The position numbers and the translations under genes are program-made. The notes below the pieces were generated by a model. It did not search any database, was not told the origin of the DNA, and saw only the letters and a program-made list of their open reading frames with translations. Below, one piece after another: positions 18,452-27,053 of a DNA stretch of 63,137 bases (position 1 is its first letter; the number at the start of each line of letters is the position of its first letter). The DNA lies in the IMG/VR virus record IMGVR_UViG_3300010376_000008, positions 1 through 63,137 of that record; one strand, given 5' to 3'. The DNA comes from a virus (Duplodnaviria > Caudoviricetes).

Positions 18452-18718
18452 GCGAGAAGCGAGTTTCAACTTATCTCGCACTGCAACACACCAATGGCCA
18501 TACACCTTTGTTACATTGCGATGCATCAAAAGCTTTCAAGTTATCCAATATTCATCGCACCAAATAGTTGTCGTGCAATGCGGAAACTGTTGGTACATAC
18601 CGGTTTCTTGCGCGCGACATCAATCCACTCGCGATTTTCAAATACCGCATTTGCTACAATGCGCCCGCGACGTGGAGAGGCCACGCCGCAGGCTCTTTGA
18701 CAATGTGGAGAACGACTA

Positions 18719-19027
18719 ATGGCTAACACAGCCAAGCAGGCCAAGGCAACCCCGCGCCGGGACAAGTGGCACGAGATCGAAGGTAGAGTGTTCGGCCGCT
18801 GCATGTGGCAGCACATCTCACCTAATCGACGATGCATGATGGAGGGACTGTTCCACAAAACCATTGACCTTATAATGATCGTGGAAAAGACCTACGTTGA
18901 TCCGATCCCGAGAAGCGGCAGCGGCAAGCCATGGCCAGAATTGAGTGGTGTTGTGGTTTACCGGCAGGTAGCTCCCGAGGTTTCAGATTGGGATGAATTT
19001 GAACAGCGACTTCACAACGGATCGTGA
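18719..19027 (+). CDS. Hypothetical protein
   Basis: GGAG RBS; last + strand gene of module. Confidence 0.65.
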   Translation: MANTAKQAKATPRRDKWHEIEGRVFGRCMWQHISPNRRCMMEGLFHKTIDLIMIVEKTYVDPIPRSGSGKPWPELSGVVVYRQVAPEVSDWDEFEQRLHNGS

Positions 19028-19034
19028 CATAAAC

Positions 19035-19060
19035 CGCCGCGCTCGACAACGGGCGCGGCG
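19035..19060. terminator. Hairpin between convergent transcription units
   Basis: CGCCGCGCTCG-ACAA-CGGGCGCGGCG; weak U-tract. Confidence 0.55.
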
Positions 19061-19092
19061 TTCACTCTTGGGCAATTACCGAAGTGACGATC

Positions 19093-19932
19093 TCACTTGG
19101 CGGCGATAAATCGTAGCGCGTTGCCGGTCGTCATCCCGCCGATCCGCCAATCGCCCAGCCACCACAATTTGGTCTGCCGGAAATCGATGCCTTCCCACGG
19201 GAGGCAGGCGCCGGTGGTGCTCTTGACGATCGTCCACTCGCCTTCCCAGCTGGTCACGCGCAACAGGATGGCGCCTGGAATCACGAAATGAGCCGGCCGT
19301 TGCACCTTGTGCGGCCACTCGGCCACGTTCGCCGGGACGTCAACGGTGTGGATGTTTTGCGGGTTCCGATCCTCGAACGGCTCACCGGCCGGTGAGATGT
19401 AGGTGTTGCGAGTCTCGAGCCTGCAGGCGAACGGGCGGTAGGTCCAGCTCCACAGCGCTGTTTTATGCCAAGCTACGCGCGTGTCTATGACCTTGTCGCC
19501 CTGCAGCGGCTTGACGATCGGAAGCGCATAGCCGGGAGTGTTGGGCGCGAGGTAGTTGGCCGGTGCTCCGTCGAGGTAGGCCGGCAGCTCCAAGAGCGGC
19601 GTGTTGATGGACCAGCGCCCGAGGATGATGGTGCCGAGCAACACGGCGCCAATCGACTTGGCCGCCATGCATTGGGTGCTGAACACCAGCCCGAGGAACT
19701 TGCGCATATCAAAAGGCGACGATCCTTTGGATTGCGCGCCATAGGGCGGGGCCAACCGCAACCAGTTTGTCGCCGACTGCCCCAACTGCGACCGCACCGG
19801 CGGCCCAATAAAAGATGGATTTGACAGCTTCGGATCTTTGCTCACGCCGGGCCTGGTCAAATTCGGTTTCCCACTGGTGAAAACGAACCCACTGGCACTC
19901 TCGTTCCTTGAGGGGGGCGTTAGGAAAGTCAT
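19093..19932 (-). CDS. Hypothetical protein downstream of lysis genes
   Basis: 279-aa ORF, no recognised motif. Confidence 0.7.
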   Translation of the reverse strand: MTFLTPPSRNESASGFVFTSGKPNLTRPGVSKDPKLSNPSFIGPPVRSQLGQSATNWLRLAPPYGAQSKGSSPFDMRKFLGLVFSTQCMAAKSIGAVLLGTIILGRWSINTPLLELPAYLDGAPANYLAPNTPGYALPIVKPLQGDKVIDTRVAWHKTALWSWTYRPFACRLETRNTYISPAGEPFEDRNPQNIHTVDVPANVAEWPHKVQRPAHFVIPGAILLRVTSWEGEWTIVKSTTGACLPWEGIDFRQTKLWWLGDWRIGGMTTGNALRFIAAK

Positions 19933-20172
19933 CGATGCTTTTCATTCCACGTTGCCCCGAAAAATACCAGTGGCGCAAGAGACTTGCCCGGGGGCTTGTT
20001 TATACAACGCGTGCGGGACGGCTGCAGCTGGGCATAGCTTCTCGCAATGACCGAATCTTTTAATTGCATGTATTTAGATGTCTTATCCTCTCTCATTGGT
20101 TGCGACAGGTTGCGGCATGTTCGCGACACATAGCAGCCATGCGACAAACTGTCTCCGTATTTATTACCTTCG

Positions 20173-21057
20173 TCAAGTCGCCCGAGCAGCAGCCAGTTTT
20201 ATCGGTGGTTTTGCCCGGTGCACCGGCCTGATTCCGAATTCGGCCAGGTTGACGTGGTAATGCCGGGCAAGCGCCAGCGCGATGGCGGAATCCAGGTCGA
20301 TCTTGCGACTGGCCAGCCCGCCGGCGATCTTGCCAACGTTGATGCCGAGCAGCGCCCCCATGCCGACCACATCGGCCGACACATCCGTGAAGATCGGCGA
20401 GCAGGCAATGTGGAAGTTGGTTTCCCACTGAGACGGCGGCGCGATCGTCAGGTTTCGTTTCTCCTGGTAGAGCGTGAATAGCCCGGTCTGAGCTGGTGCC
20501 GTCGGCAGGTTTGTGCCGAGATCAAGCATTGCCTGCCAGCACTTCCCCGAATAATCAGGCGGCGTCACGGCATTCGCCAGCACGAGCGCGTTTTTCAAAT
20601 CCGTCTGGGCGTCCGGGGTGCTGAGCACCTTGGACAGCACCTTTAGGGCCACTTCGCGCGCCAACTTGGTAATGCCGGTCACCTGGGCATTTGCCGGGCG
20701 TGACGTCATCGTCAGCAGGACCAGACTGCCGGCGAACGCCAGCAAGAAAACAACGGCTTTTGTCGCGACACTGCTTGAAATCGGTACGCCACTCCCGGGG
20801 GCCGCAGGCGGGGGCGCGGTTCCGTTGCCCGGCGCGGCCGCCAGCAACATGGCGTCTTTCTTGTCCGACCCGGCAGACGACTGGAAAAAGTACCCGACGC
20901 AATCCTTGGCCATCGCGATCAGAATGCCCACGAAACCGGCCAGGAGCTGCCCGTTCTGCTGATCCGGGGGGTGGAACATCCACAGCACGATGATCCCCAC
21001 CGCCAGCAGCGGCAGGGCCAGGGCCAATACGAAACGGGGATTCTCGACAGCGTTCAT
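20173..21057 (-). CDS. Holin-like protein with long C-terminal extension
   Basis: Two N-terminal TMs then YFFQSSAGSDKK; third hydrophobic segment ending PANA|Q; follows endolysin. Confidence 0.6.
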   Translation of the reverse strand: MNAVENPRFVLALALPLLAVGIIVLWMFHPPDQQNGQLLAGFVGILIAMAKDCVGYFFQSSAGSDKKDAMLLAAAPGNGTAPPPAAPGSGVPISSSVATKAVVFLLAFAGSLVLLTMTSRPANAQVTGITKLAREVALKVLSKVLSTPDAQTDLKNALVLANAVTPPDYSGKCWQAMLDLGTNLPTAPAQTGLFTLYQEKRNLTIAPPSQWETNFHIACSPIFTDVSADVVGMGALLGINVGKIAGGLASRKIDLDSAIALALARHYHVNLAEFGIRPVHRAKPPIKLAAARAT

Positions 21058-21060
21058 TCA

Positions 21061-21702
21061 TCAAGCTCCAAGCGCTATTTTCCACCGGTGAATCCAGTCG
21101 CGCCGCTCGGCAAGGCCATTCGTGCCGCCGTTGAGCGCCTTGGTTTCGCCAAGCGTGTCGTCGGCGCGCGCGTGCGGCAGGCATCCGCACACGATCCAGT
21201 CGACCACGCCCAGCTCCAGCACGTGCGCCGGATCGTTCACCAGGTCCGGGTTGGACATGATGTCGATATCGAGCCCGTGCGCCGCGAGCGCGTCCTGTAG
21301 CTTCTGGTAGCCCTCGCGGCCGGTCACCTGGGAGAATCCGCGGCCGCGGAAGTTCCAACCGTCATCGCTCGGCGGCGGCTTGTTGCCCATGCGGCCGCCG
21401 TAGGCGACGTCGGCAATCATGCGCGGATTGTGGGCGTAGCGAGCTGCCATTGTGCCGGTGAAATGTCTCGGGAATTCCTCCAGCAGGCGCTGGGCCGAGT
21501 AGTTCATGTTCTCGACCATCTCGAGGCCGGCGCCGCATTCTTCCGAGAACTGCCCCATCGCGTGCGCGACCACCAGGGCAGAGTCCAGGCCGTATTTGGG
21601 GAAAACCGTGGGAGCGGCTGCAATTGTCGCGGCGATCAGTCCCGGCACGTGCTGGTCGCCGTGCGGCCAGAGCTTTTTCAAGGCGGTGGCGAAATCGACC
21701 AT
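21061..21702 (-). CDS. GH19 (chitinase-like) endolysin
   Basis: AH..GQ..EECG..ENMNYS; DGWNFRGRGFSQVTGR; LNGGTNGL. Confidence 0.92.
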   Translation of the reverse strand: MVDFATALKKLWPHGDQHVPGLIAATIAAAPTVFPKYGLDSALVVAHAMGQFSEECGAGLEMVENMNYSAQRLLEEFPRHFTGTMAARYAHNPRMIADVAYGGRMGNKPPPSDDGWNFRGRGFSQVTGREGYQKLQDALAAHGLDIDIMSNPDLVNDPAHVLELGVVDWIVCGCLPHARADDTLGETKALNGGTNGLAERRDWIHRWKIALGA

Positions 21703-21741
21703 GCCCTAATAACTACAACCGATTACCGGTTGACGTCAACG

Positions 21742-23526
21742 TTACATCGCAACGTCGACCATGAGTCCTTCCTGCATCCAGGTGGAATTGCCGGCGTTCC
21801 CATAGTGGGTCACCGCGTTGGATGCGCCGTTGAAATCCAGCGCCTGGAAAAAGTGTTTGCCGAGAGGCTGTTGCTGGTCCTCGCCGGTACAAATGACCGT
21901 GTTGCTGCTGAAATTGGAGGCCGCGATGCCGGTAAATCCTGACGTCACATCGTATCCGACGCCAACCCCGTTCGGAACCGCCGACCCGGTAATCGGGCCG
22001 CAAGTGGCCATGATGTTGGCGGAAACGAACTGTCGCTGGATCCCGATGACGAACTGCACCCTGTTGTTGACCGAGCCGTTGAGCGCCTGCGACGTGTTGG
22101 ACAGCACCAGCCAGTTGTTGGTGTTATCTCGCACGTACGTCTTGAAAAGTTCCTGATTATAGGCATTCCACACGTATAAACGTGATGCAGTGCCGCCGGC
22201 GCTGATCCCGCCATAGACAAATGACGTGTTGCCGGCAGTATCGGTGTAAATCGTGCCAAGATAGGTGCCCTGGTTGGCGGTCACGGGCCCGTATTGGGTC
22301 GAACCGTTCCAACAGTTGGTGACGGTGTTCTTGTTAGTATAATAGGGGCGGGTCGTGGAATCGATCTGGCTGTAGCCGGTACCGCGCGCCGTGAGGCTGG
22401 GAGATCCCGAATCCTGGGTCCACCCGCCGCCCGAATGGCCGCTGGCCCCGCTGGTGGCGAGACAAATCCGGTTGGCGCCGCCGTGCACCCACCAAACGTC
22501 GTAATTGTCGTTGTTGTTGATGCCGCCGGTGGTCGTGTTGTCGCCGCTATTCGTGGCGGCGCCGGTGATCATCGTCAAGCTGACTTCGCACGCCGCGATC
22601 GTGTCGAACTGGTCGATGGTGCCGTTCCAGTAGGGAACTTGGCTCCCGCCTTTATTGCAATCGTAGTAAACGGTTGCTTTCGCGTCCTGGCTGGCCGTCA
22701 TCACCGGCGTGCCGGACTGGAGCGTGATCCGCCCCTGCGGCGCCAGGATCGCGCCTGCGAGCGCCACGTTGGACCCTGACGGCGAAACCGTGATGCCCCC
22801 GCCGTTCGTGATCGACAGCGCTCCGTTGAGCCCGTTCAGCGTCGTGACGGCTGTCAGCGCGCCGGTCGAGCCATTGAGCGACAGCACGCCGGTGTTGGAA
22901 AGCGTGCTTGACGTCATCGTCAAGCCGGTGCCGACCGTGATGGCGCCAGTCACGCCGCCGAACGACGTCACGCCCGAGGTGGCCACCACGGCGATCTGGC
23001 CGGGCGTCACTTTCTTGAAGGAGCCGGCGACGTTATCCCACAGCACCAGGAAATCGTTGTTGGCATCCGGCGACGCCTTGGCGGTCAGTCCCTGGATGGT
23101 GAACGCCGTTGGGGTCGCAACTGCGCCACTGGTCGGATTGCCGATGAAGGTGGCGGCCCCGGGCGGCGCAATGGACGCGACCGGAATGCCGGCAACACCG
23201 TTGACTACGAATTGCAAGGTGGGAGCGGGCGCCCCGCCGAACGGGGTGACCGTGAGCGAAGCGACGCCGGCCGACGTCACGCCCAGGCAGAGCAGTTCAT
23301 AAGCAGCCGTAACCGGACCGCTTTTCTGACAGTAGGCAGGCCCGCTGCCAGTGGTTCCCAGGCTTGTAAGCGATCCCTGCGCAGCCGTGCCGGCATCCTG
23401 AATGACGCCGTCGGTCTGCCACATGGCGGCGTGCCCCGGCGTGACCCCGCCGGTCTGCCGGACGGTTTGCTGGGCAAGCGCCGGGGTTGCCAGCAGCAGA
23501 AGCGCCAGTACGATCGATTTTCTCAT
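21742..23526 (-). CDS. Thr/Gly/Ser-rich tail-fibre-like protein with apparent signal peptide
   Basis: MRKSIVLALLLLATPALA|QQ; GVTSFGG.TGA / VLSLNG.TGA fibre repeats; PQGRITL domain. Confidence 0.7.
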   Translation of the reverse strand: MRKSIVLALLLLATPALAQQTVRQTGGVTPGHAAMWQTDGVIQDAGTAAQGSLTSLGTTGSGPAYCQKSGPVTAAYELLCLGVTSAGVASLTVTPFGGAPAPTLQFVVNGVAGIPVASIAPPGAATFIGNPTSGAVATPTAFTIQGLTAKASPDANNDFLVLWDNVAGSFKKVTPGQIAVVATSGVTSFGGVTGAITVGTGLTMTSSTLSNTGVLSLNGSTGALTAVTTLNGLNGALSITNGGGITVSPSGSNVALAGAILAPQGRITLQSGTPVMTASQDAKATVYYDCNKGGSQVPYWNGTIDQFDTIAACEVSLTMITGAATNSGDNTTTGGINNNDNYDVWWVHGGANRICLATSGASGHSGGGWTQDSGSPSLTARGTGYSQIDSTTRPYYTNKNTVTNCWNGSTQYGPVTANQGTYLGTIYTDTAGNTSFVYGGISAGGTASRLYVWNAYNQELFKTYVRDNTNNWLVLSNTSQALNGSVNNRVQFVIGIQRQFVSANIMATCGPITGSAVPNGVGVGYDVTSGFTGIAASNFSSNTVICTGEDQQQPLGKHFFQALDFNGASNAVTHYGNAGNSTWMQEGLMVDVAM

Positions 23527-24557
23527 CAGAATCGCACGGCGATTTTGTTTAAACCGTGCCCCCTGTTTGTGGTCGCGATGTAATGCTGGTTGCTACTGAT
23601 CGGGTTCAGCTCGCACCCCGGCTGCCAGTAGGTATGCCAGCCAGGGGTGTGGGCAATCGACCGGAGCACGCCAGGAGCCCCGATGCACGTCTTAGCGACG
23701 ATCCCGGCTCCGGTCAGCAGGGCCGGAAACGTCACAAGGTCACTGATCAGCCGGCCGGACGACGGAATCGCGCCGGATGCCGCCCCGGCGAACAGGACCG
23801 GCGAGAATGAAATTGCGTCGATCGTGCCGGGCACCCGAACGCCGATCGCGGCTTGCGTCACCGTCGCGCCGCCGGCCCCGCCCTTGTAGGTCAACTGCGC
23901 GGCATTGAACCCGTCCAGAAAGTCGATTGCTGCTGGGTCGATCACGGTCAAGACGGTGTCGCCCGTCCAGCCGCCCGCATCCGACTCGCCATGTGTCGGA
24001 TCTCCGGGCGTCGCATCGCCGGAAAGGGCGTCGAACCACTGCGCGGTGGTGAGCAGCCCGCTCATAACCACCGAACCGATGTAGCACCACTGGATCGTGA
24101 AGATTCCCGACTGTGATGCGAGCTGGAACCACAACGAGTCGGTCGTCCGATCGAACGGAATCGGATGATCCGTGAAGTCGTTTACAATTTCGGTCCCGCC
24201 GTTCATCGACACCAGCATGTAGTCGCCGGTGAAGTCCGAATTGATCTGGTGCCCCGGCGCATCGCCGGTCAGATACGCGCGCCGCTTCGTGTCGACGAAC
24301 AGCCCCACCTGCCCGGTTACCGTTCCCTCGTAGCGCACACGCGCTCGATAAATCAGCATCTGCTTGGGCAGGCGATCGGGCAGGTCGATATTCTGCGCGT
24401 CAGGATATCCGGGCGCCGCCGGGTAGTCGGTCAACCAGTACGCCGCCCCCTGCGGGCCCGCCGCAAAGTATCGCGTGATCGTGAAACACTGAGCGTTTTG
24501 CGCGTGGGCTATCGAGCCCAGCAACAACCATATTGCAATTACCCGCTTCCACATCAA
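23526..24557 (-). CDS. Beta-rich protein with apparent signal peptide, fibre cluster
   Basis: MWKRVIAIWLLLGSIAHA|QN. Confidence 0.65.
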   Translation of the reverse strand: MMWKRVIAIWLLLGSIAHAQNAQCFTITRYFAAGPQGAAYWLTDYPAAPGYPDAQNIDLPDRLPKQMLIYRARVRYEGTVTGQVGLFVDTKRRAYLTGDAPGHQINSDFTGDYMLVSMNGGTEIVNDFTDHPIPFDRTTDSLWFQLASQSGIFTIQWCYIGSVVMSGLLTTAQWFDALSGDATPGDPTHGESDAGGWTGDTVLTVIDPAAIDFLDGFNAAQLTYKGGAGGATVTQAAIGVRVPGTIDAISFSPVLFAGAASGAIPSSGRLISDLVTFPALLTGAGIVAKTCIGAPGVLRSIAHTPGWHTYWQPGCELNPISSNQHYIATTNRGHGLNKIAVRF

Positions 24558-26152
24558 CGCCGTCTCCGCGCGGAAATCCAGCCGTATCCTTTACACGTGC
24601 TGACCGTGAAATTACAACGACCGACCAGGAACACGGTGGTCGTCGTGGAAAGCAACTGCCGCATCGGCAGAATAGGCTGGCCCGGATTGGACGACACGGT
24701 GTTGCCGGTGCCCGGAAATGCCGTGTACTGACCCCACCCGGGTGACCCCTGCGTTGGCAGCGTGGCGCTCGTGGTGTTGATCGCGCCCGTCAGTGCCGTC
24801 ACGTTGGTGGTGCCGGCAATGTCGAATTCAACGACACCCCACACATCCCAATCGCCCGCCGTCAAGCTGATCGACGTGATGTTGGCGGGCGTCGTGGTCG
24901 TGAAGGTAATTTCCGACCCGACCGCAAGCGTGGAGTTCACATACTCGCCGACGTTCCCGGCGGTCGCGCTGTCGTTGGTGGCCGTACCGGGGTACTGTCC
25001 AGCCGACACCGTGACGCCGCTGACCTGAAGCGTGTTGCCGGTACCGGCAGAATTGAACGTCTTGTTGGTGAGCGTATCGGTAGTGGCCCGCCCCACGACC
25101 GTGTCGCTCGAGTTCTGCCATGTCCACGTGCGCGTAGTGCCGGTCGTGAACCCGGAGTTGGCGAATACGAGCTTCTTGGTGTTGTCCCCGCTGTCGTCAA
25201 TCGTGAATGACCCGGACTGCACCTCGATAGAATTGGTGGGGCCAATGGTCTTACTGCTAAGGGATTGAGTAGCCGCGGCCCCAACTACGGTGTCCGAACT
25301 ATTCGGCCACGTCCACGTACGCGTGGTCCCGGTCGTGAAGCCGCTGATGGCGAATTGCAGTTTCTTGGTGGTGTCACCCGGATCGTCGAGCGTGAACGAA
25401 GAAGTAATAAGCTCGACAAGATTCGAAATTCCTAGTGTCTTGGACGACAGCGTGGCGGCGGCCCCGTTGAGCACCACCGTGTCGGTGGCAGTTGGGAACG
25501 TGATCGTGCCGCTGTCGCCGCCGGAAAAAGTCAGTGAATTATTGACCGTAAACGTCTTGCCGTTGGCGATCGTGAGCGTGGCCGACGTCGCCGGCGCCGT
25601 GATCGCCACCTTGTTGATGCTGGTGGCGGTCGCGGCTCCCAGCGTCGGCGTCGTGAATATTGGCGACGTCGCGAGCGCGACCGTGCCGCCCGAGCCCGTA
25701 ACGGCTGTGATCCCGTTGCCGTTGATGTTGAAAACGTTGCCGGCGCCGGCGGTGTCAAACGTCTTGTGCGTGAGCGTGTCGGTCGAGTCACGATTGACGA
25801 CCGTGCCGGTCCCTTGCAGCGTCAACGTGGAATTGACGGTCGCGCCCGGTTGCAGCGTGGTGGTGCCGCCGGCACTGTTCGCCAGGCCGAGCGTCCCGAG
25901 CGTGGTCGCCGGAATGCCAAGCACCGGCGTTGCCGTATAGCTCCAGGTCGACGGTGCCGTGCTGTTAGGAACAAGCCCGGCGGTCGGGGCCGCGGCGCCG
26001 AAGATCGCCAGGGCCGACGCGGGCTGCACAAAGGTTGGGCTGGCGGTCGGATTGCCGCACACAAAGCCGGCCGGCAGGATCGCCGACTCGCATTGTGCCA
26101 ATGCTTGAAGCGGAAATAGTGCCAGGAGCCCGGCAAGCAGAACGCGACGCAT
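24554..26152 (-). CDS. Thr-rich tail-fibre-like protein with apparent signal peptide
   Basis: MRRVLLAGLLALFPLQALA|QC; TDTLTNKT repeats; duplicated DD.GD.TKKL.F..SGFTTGTTRTWTW.NSSDTVVG; C-terminal LTAGDWDV..ISARRRR. Confidence 0.75.
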   Translation of the reverse strand: MRRVLLAGLLALFPLQALAQCESAILPAGFVCGNPTASPTFVQPASALAIFGAAAPTAGLVPNSTAPSTWSYTATPVLGIPATTLGTLGLANSAGGTTTLQPGATVNSTLTLQGTGTVVNRDSTDTLTHKTFDTAGAGNVFNINGNGITAVTGSGGTVALATSPIFTTPTLGAATATSINKVAITAPATSATLTIANGKTFTVNNSLTFSGGDSGTITFPTATDTVVLNGAAATLSSKTLGISNLVELITSSFTLDDPGDTTKKLQFAISGFTTGTTRTWTWPNSSDTVVGAAATQSLSSKTIGPTNSIEVQSGSFTIDDSGDNTKKLVFANSGFTTGTTRTWTWQNSSDTVVGRATTDTLTNKTFNSAGTGNTLQVSGVTVSAGQYPGTATNDSATAGNVGEYVNSTLAVGSEITFTTTTPANITSISLTAGDWDVWGVVEFDIAGTTNVTALTGAINTTSATLPTQGSPGWGQYTAFPGTGNTVSSNPGQPILPMRQLLSTTTTVFLVGRCNFTVSTCKGYGWISARRRR

Positions 26153-26153
26153 G

Positions 26154-26573
26154 TCACCCCGCAGTCAGGTAGTAGCCGGCTCCCGGCAACGGGTTGAACC
26201 AGAACCCGCCCCAATTGGAATGGATCGGAACCGACGCTTGCCCGTTGATTGTCTCGCCGTTGATGACCGTAACGGTGATCGGTTGCGACGATCCGCCGTT
26301 GCCCGACACATCCTTTACCAGCACGGGCCCGTTCTTGGTGGCGCCGATCGGCAGCACAACCGAGAAGGCGCCGGGCGTGAGCAGGTTCACCAGGATGCGC
26401 TGATCGTTGGGTTGTACGTTGTAGAGAGTGCCGTTCGTGATGTAGTTGACAAAAGTCGCGAGGTTGAGCGCTGCCACGAGGCTGCCGCCATCCTGCAAAA
26501 TCCCGTCGGTCGTCCACACCGCAATATGTAGCGGCGTGACTAGACCGTTCTGTTGCAGGAAAACCTGGGTCAT
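26154..26573 (-). CDS. Small fibre-associated protein without signal peptide
   Basis: N-terminus QQNGLVTPLHIAVWTTDGILQDGG resembles the mature N-terminus of 21742-23526. Confidence 0.7.
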   Translation of the reverse strand: MTQVFLQQNGLVTPLHIAVWTTDGILQDGGSLVAALNLATFVNYITNGTLYNVQPNDQRILVNLLTPGAFSVVLPIGATKNGPVLVKDVSGNGGSSQPITVTVINGETINGQASVPIHSNWGGFWFNPLPGAGYYLTAG

Positions 26574-26848
26574 CAGCGCATTTTTCGTACGATGAAATTA
26601 GCCGCGAGCACGAAACCCGCATAGATCGAAAGCGCGACGATCTGGTGAACGCTCGGTTCCGGGATATTCCACCACAGGCACCAGGCCGAACCGACCGTGA
26701 TCAAGGCGAACAGGTCGAGCAGCGCGGCGATTGCGCGCTGGGAAAGCGCCTTCAACCCGAGCATCAAGGCGCCTTGCGCGGCGCGCTCGGTCAGCGTCGC
26801 CTGCTCGGGCTCATCATCCTGAACGACCGTGAATCCCGGGTTTGCCAT
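26573..26848 (-). CDS. Two-TM membrane protein
   Basis: Two hydrophobic helices, basic C-terminus. Confidence 0.7.
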   Translation of the reverse strand: MANPGFTVVQDDEPEQATLTERAAQGALMLGLKALSQRAIAALLDLFALITVGSAWCLWWNIPEPSVHQIVALSIYAGFVLAANFIVRKMR

Positions 26849-27053
26849 TCAACGCTCCTAACCCTTCCTCGAAATTGAAACCGCCGTCCTCGGCGTCCGC
26901 CCCCATCGCCCACTTTCCTTCCCGCACCAGCACAGCGTAATAGCTGGCGCAGACCTTCAGGGCGTCGGTCATGCCTTCAAGAGTGGCGCCGTCGGCCGTC
27001 GCTTTTTTGATGACCGCCTCGGCCAGTTTGTCAATTTCTTTGCGCAGCGTCAT
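26814..27053 (-). CDS. Hypothetical protein
   Basis: Tiling. Confidence 0.6.
   Translation of the reverse strand: MTLRKEIDKLAEAVIKKATADGATLEGMTDALKVCASYYAVLVREGKWAMGADAEDGGFNFEEGLGALNGKPGIHGRSG

Noticed and set aside
18369-18719. CDS between Dam and the 18719 gene
   Set aside because: Competing frames with no clear start or motif; could not choose one
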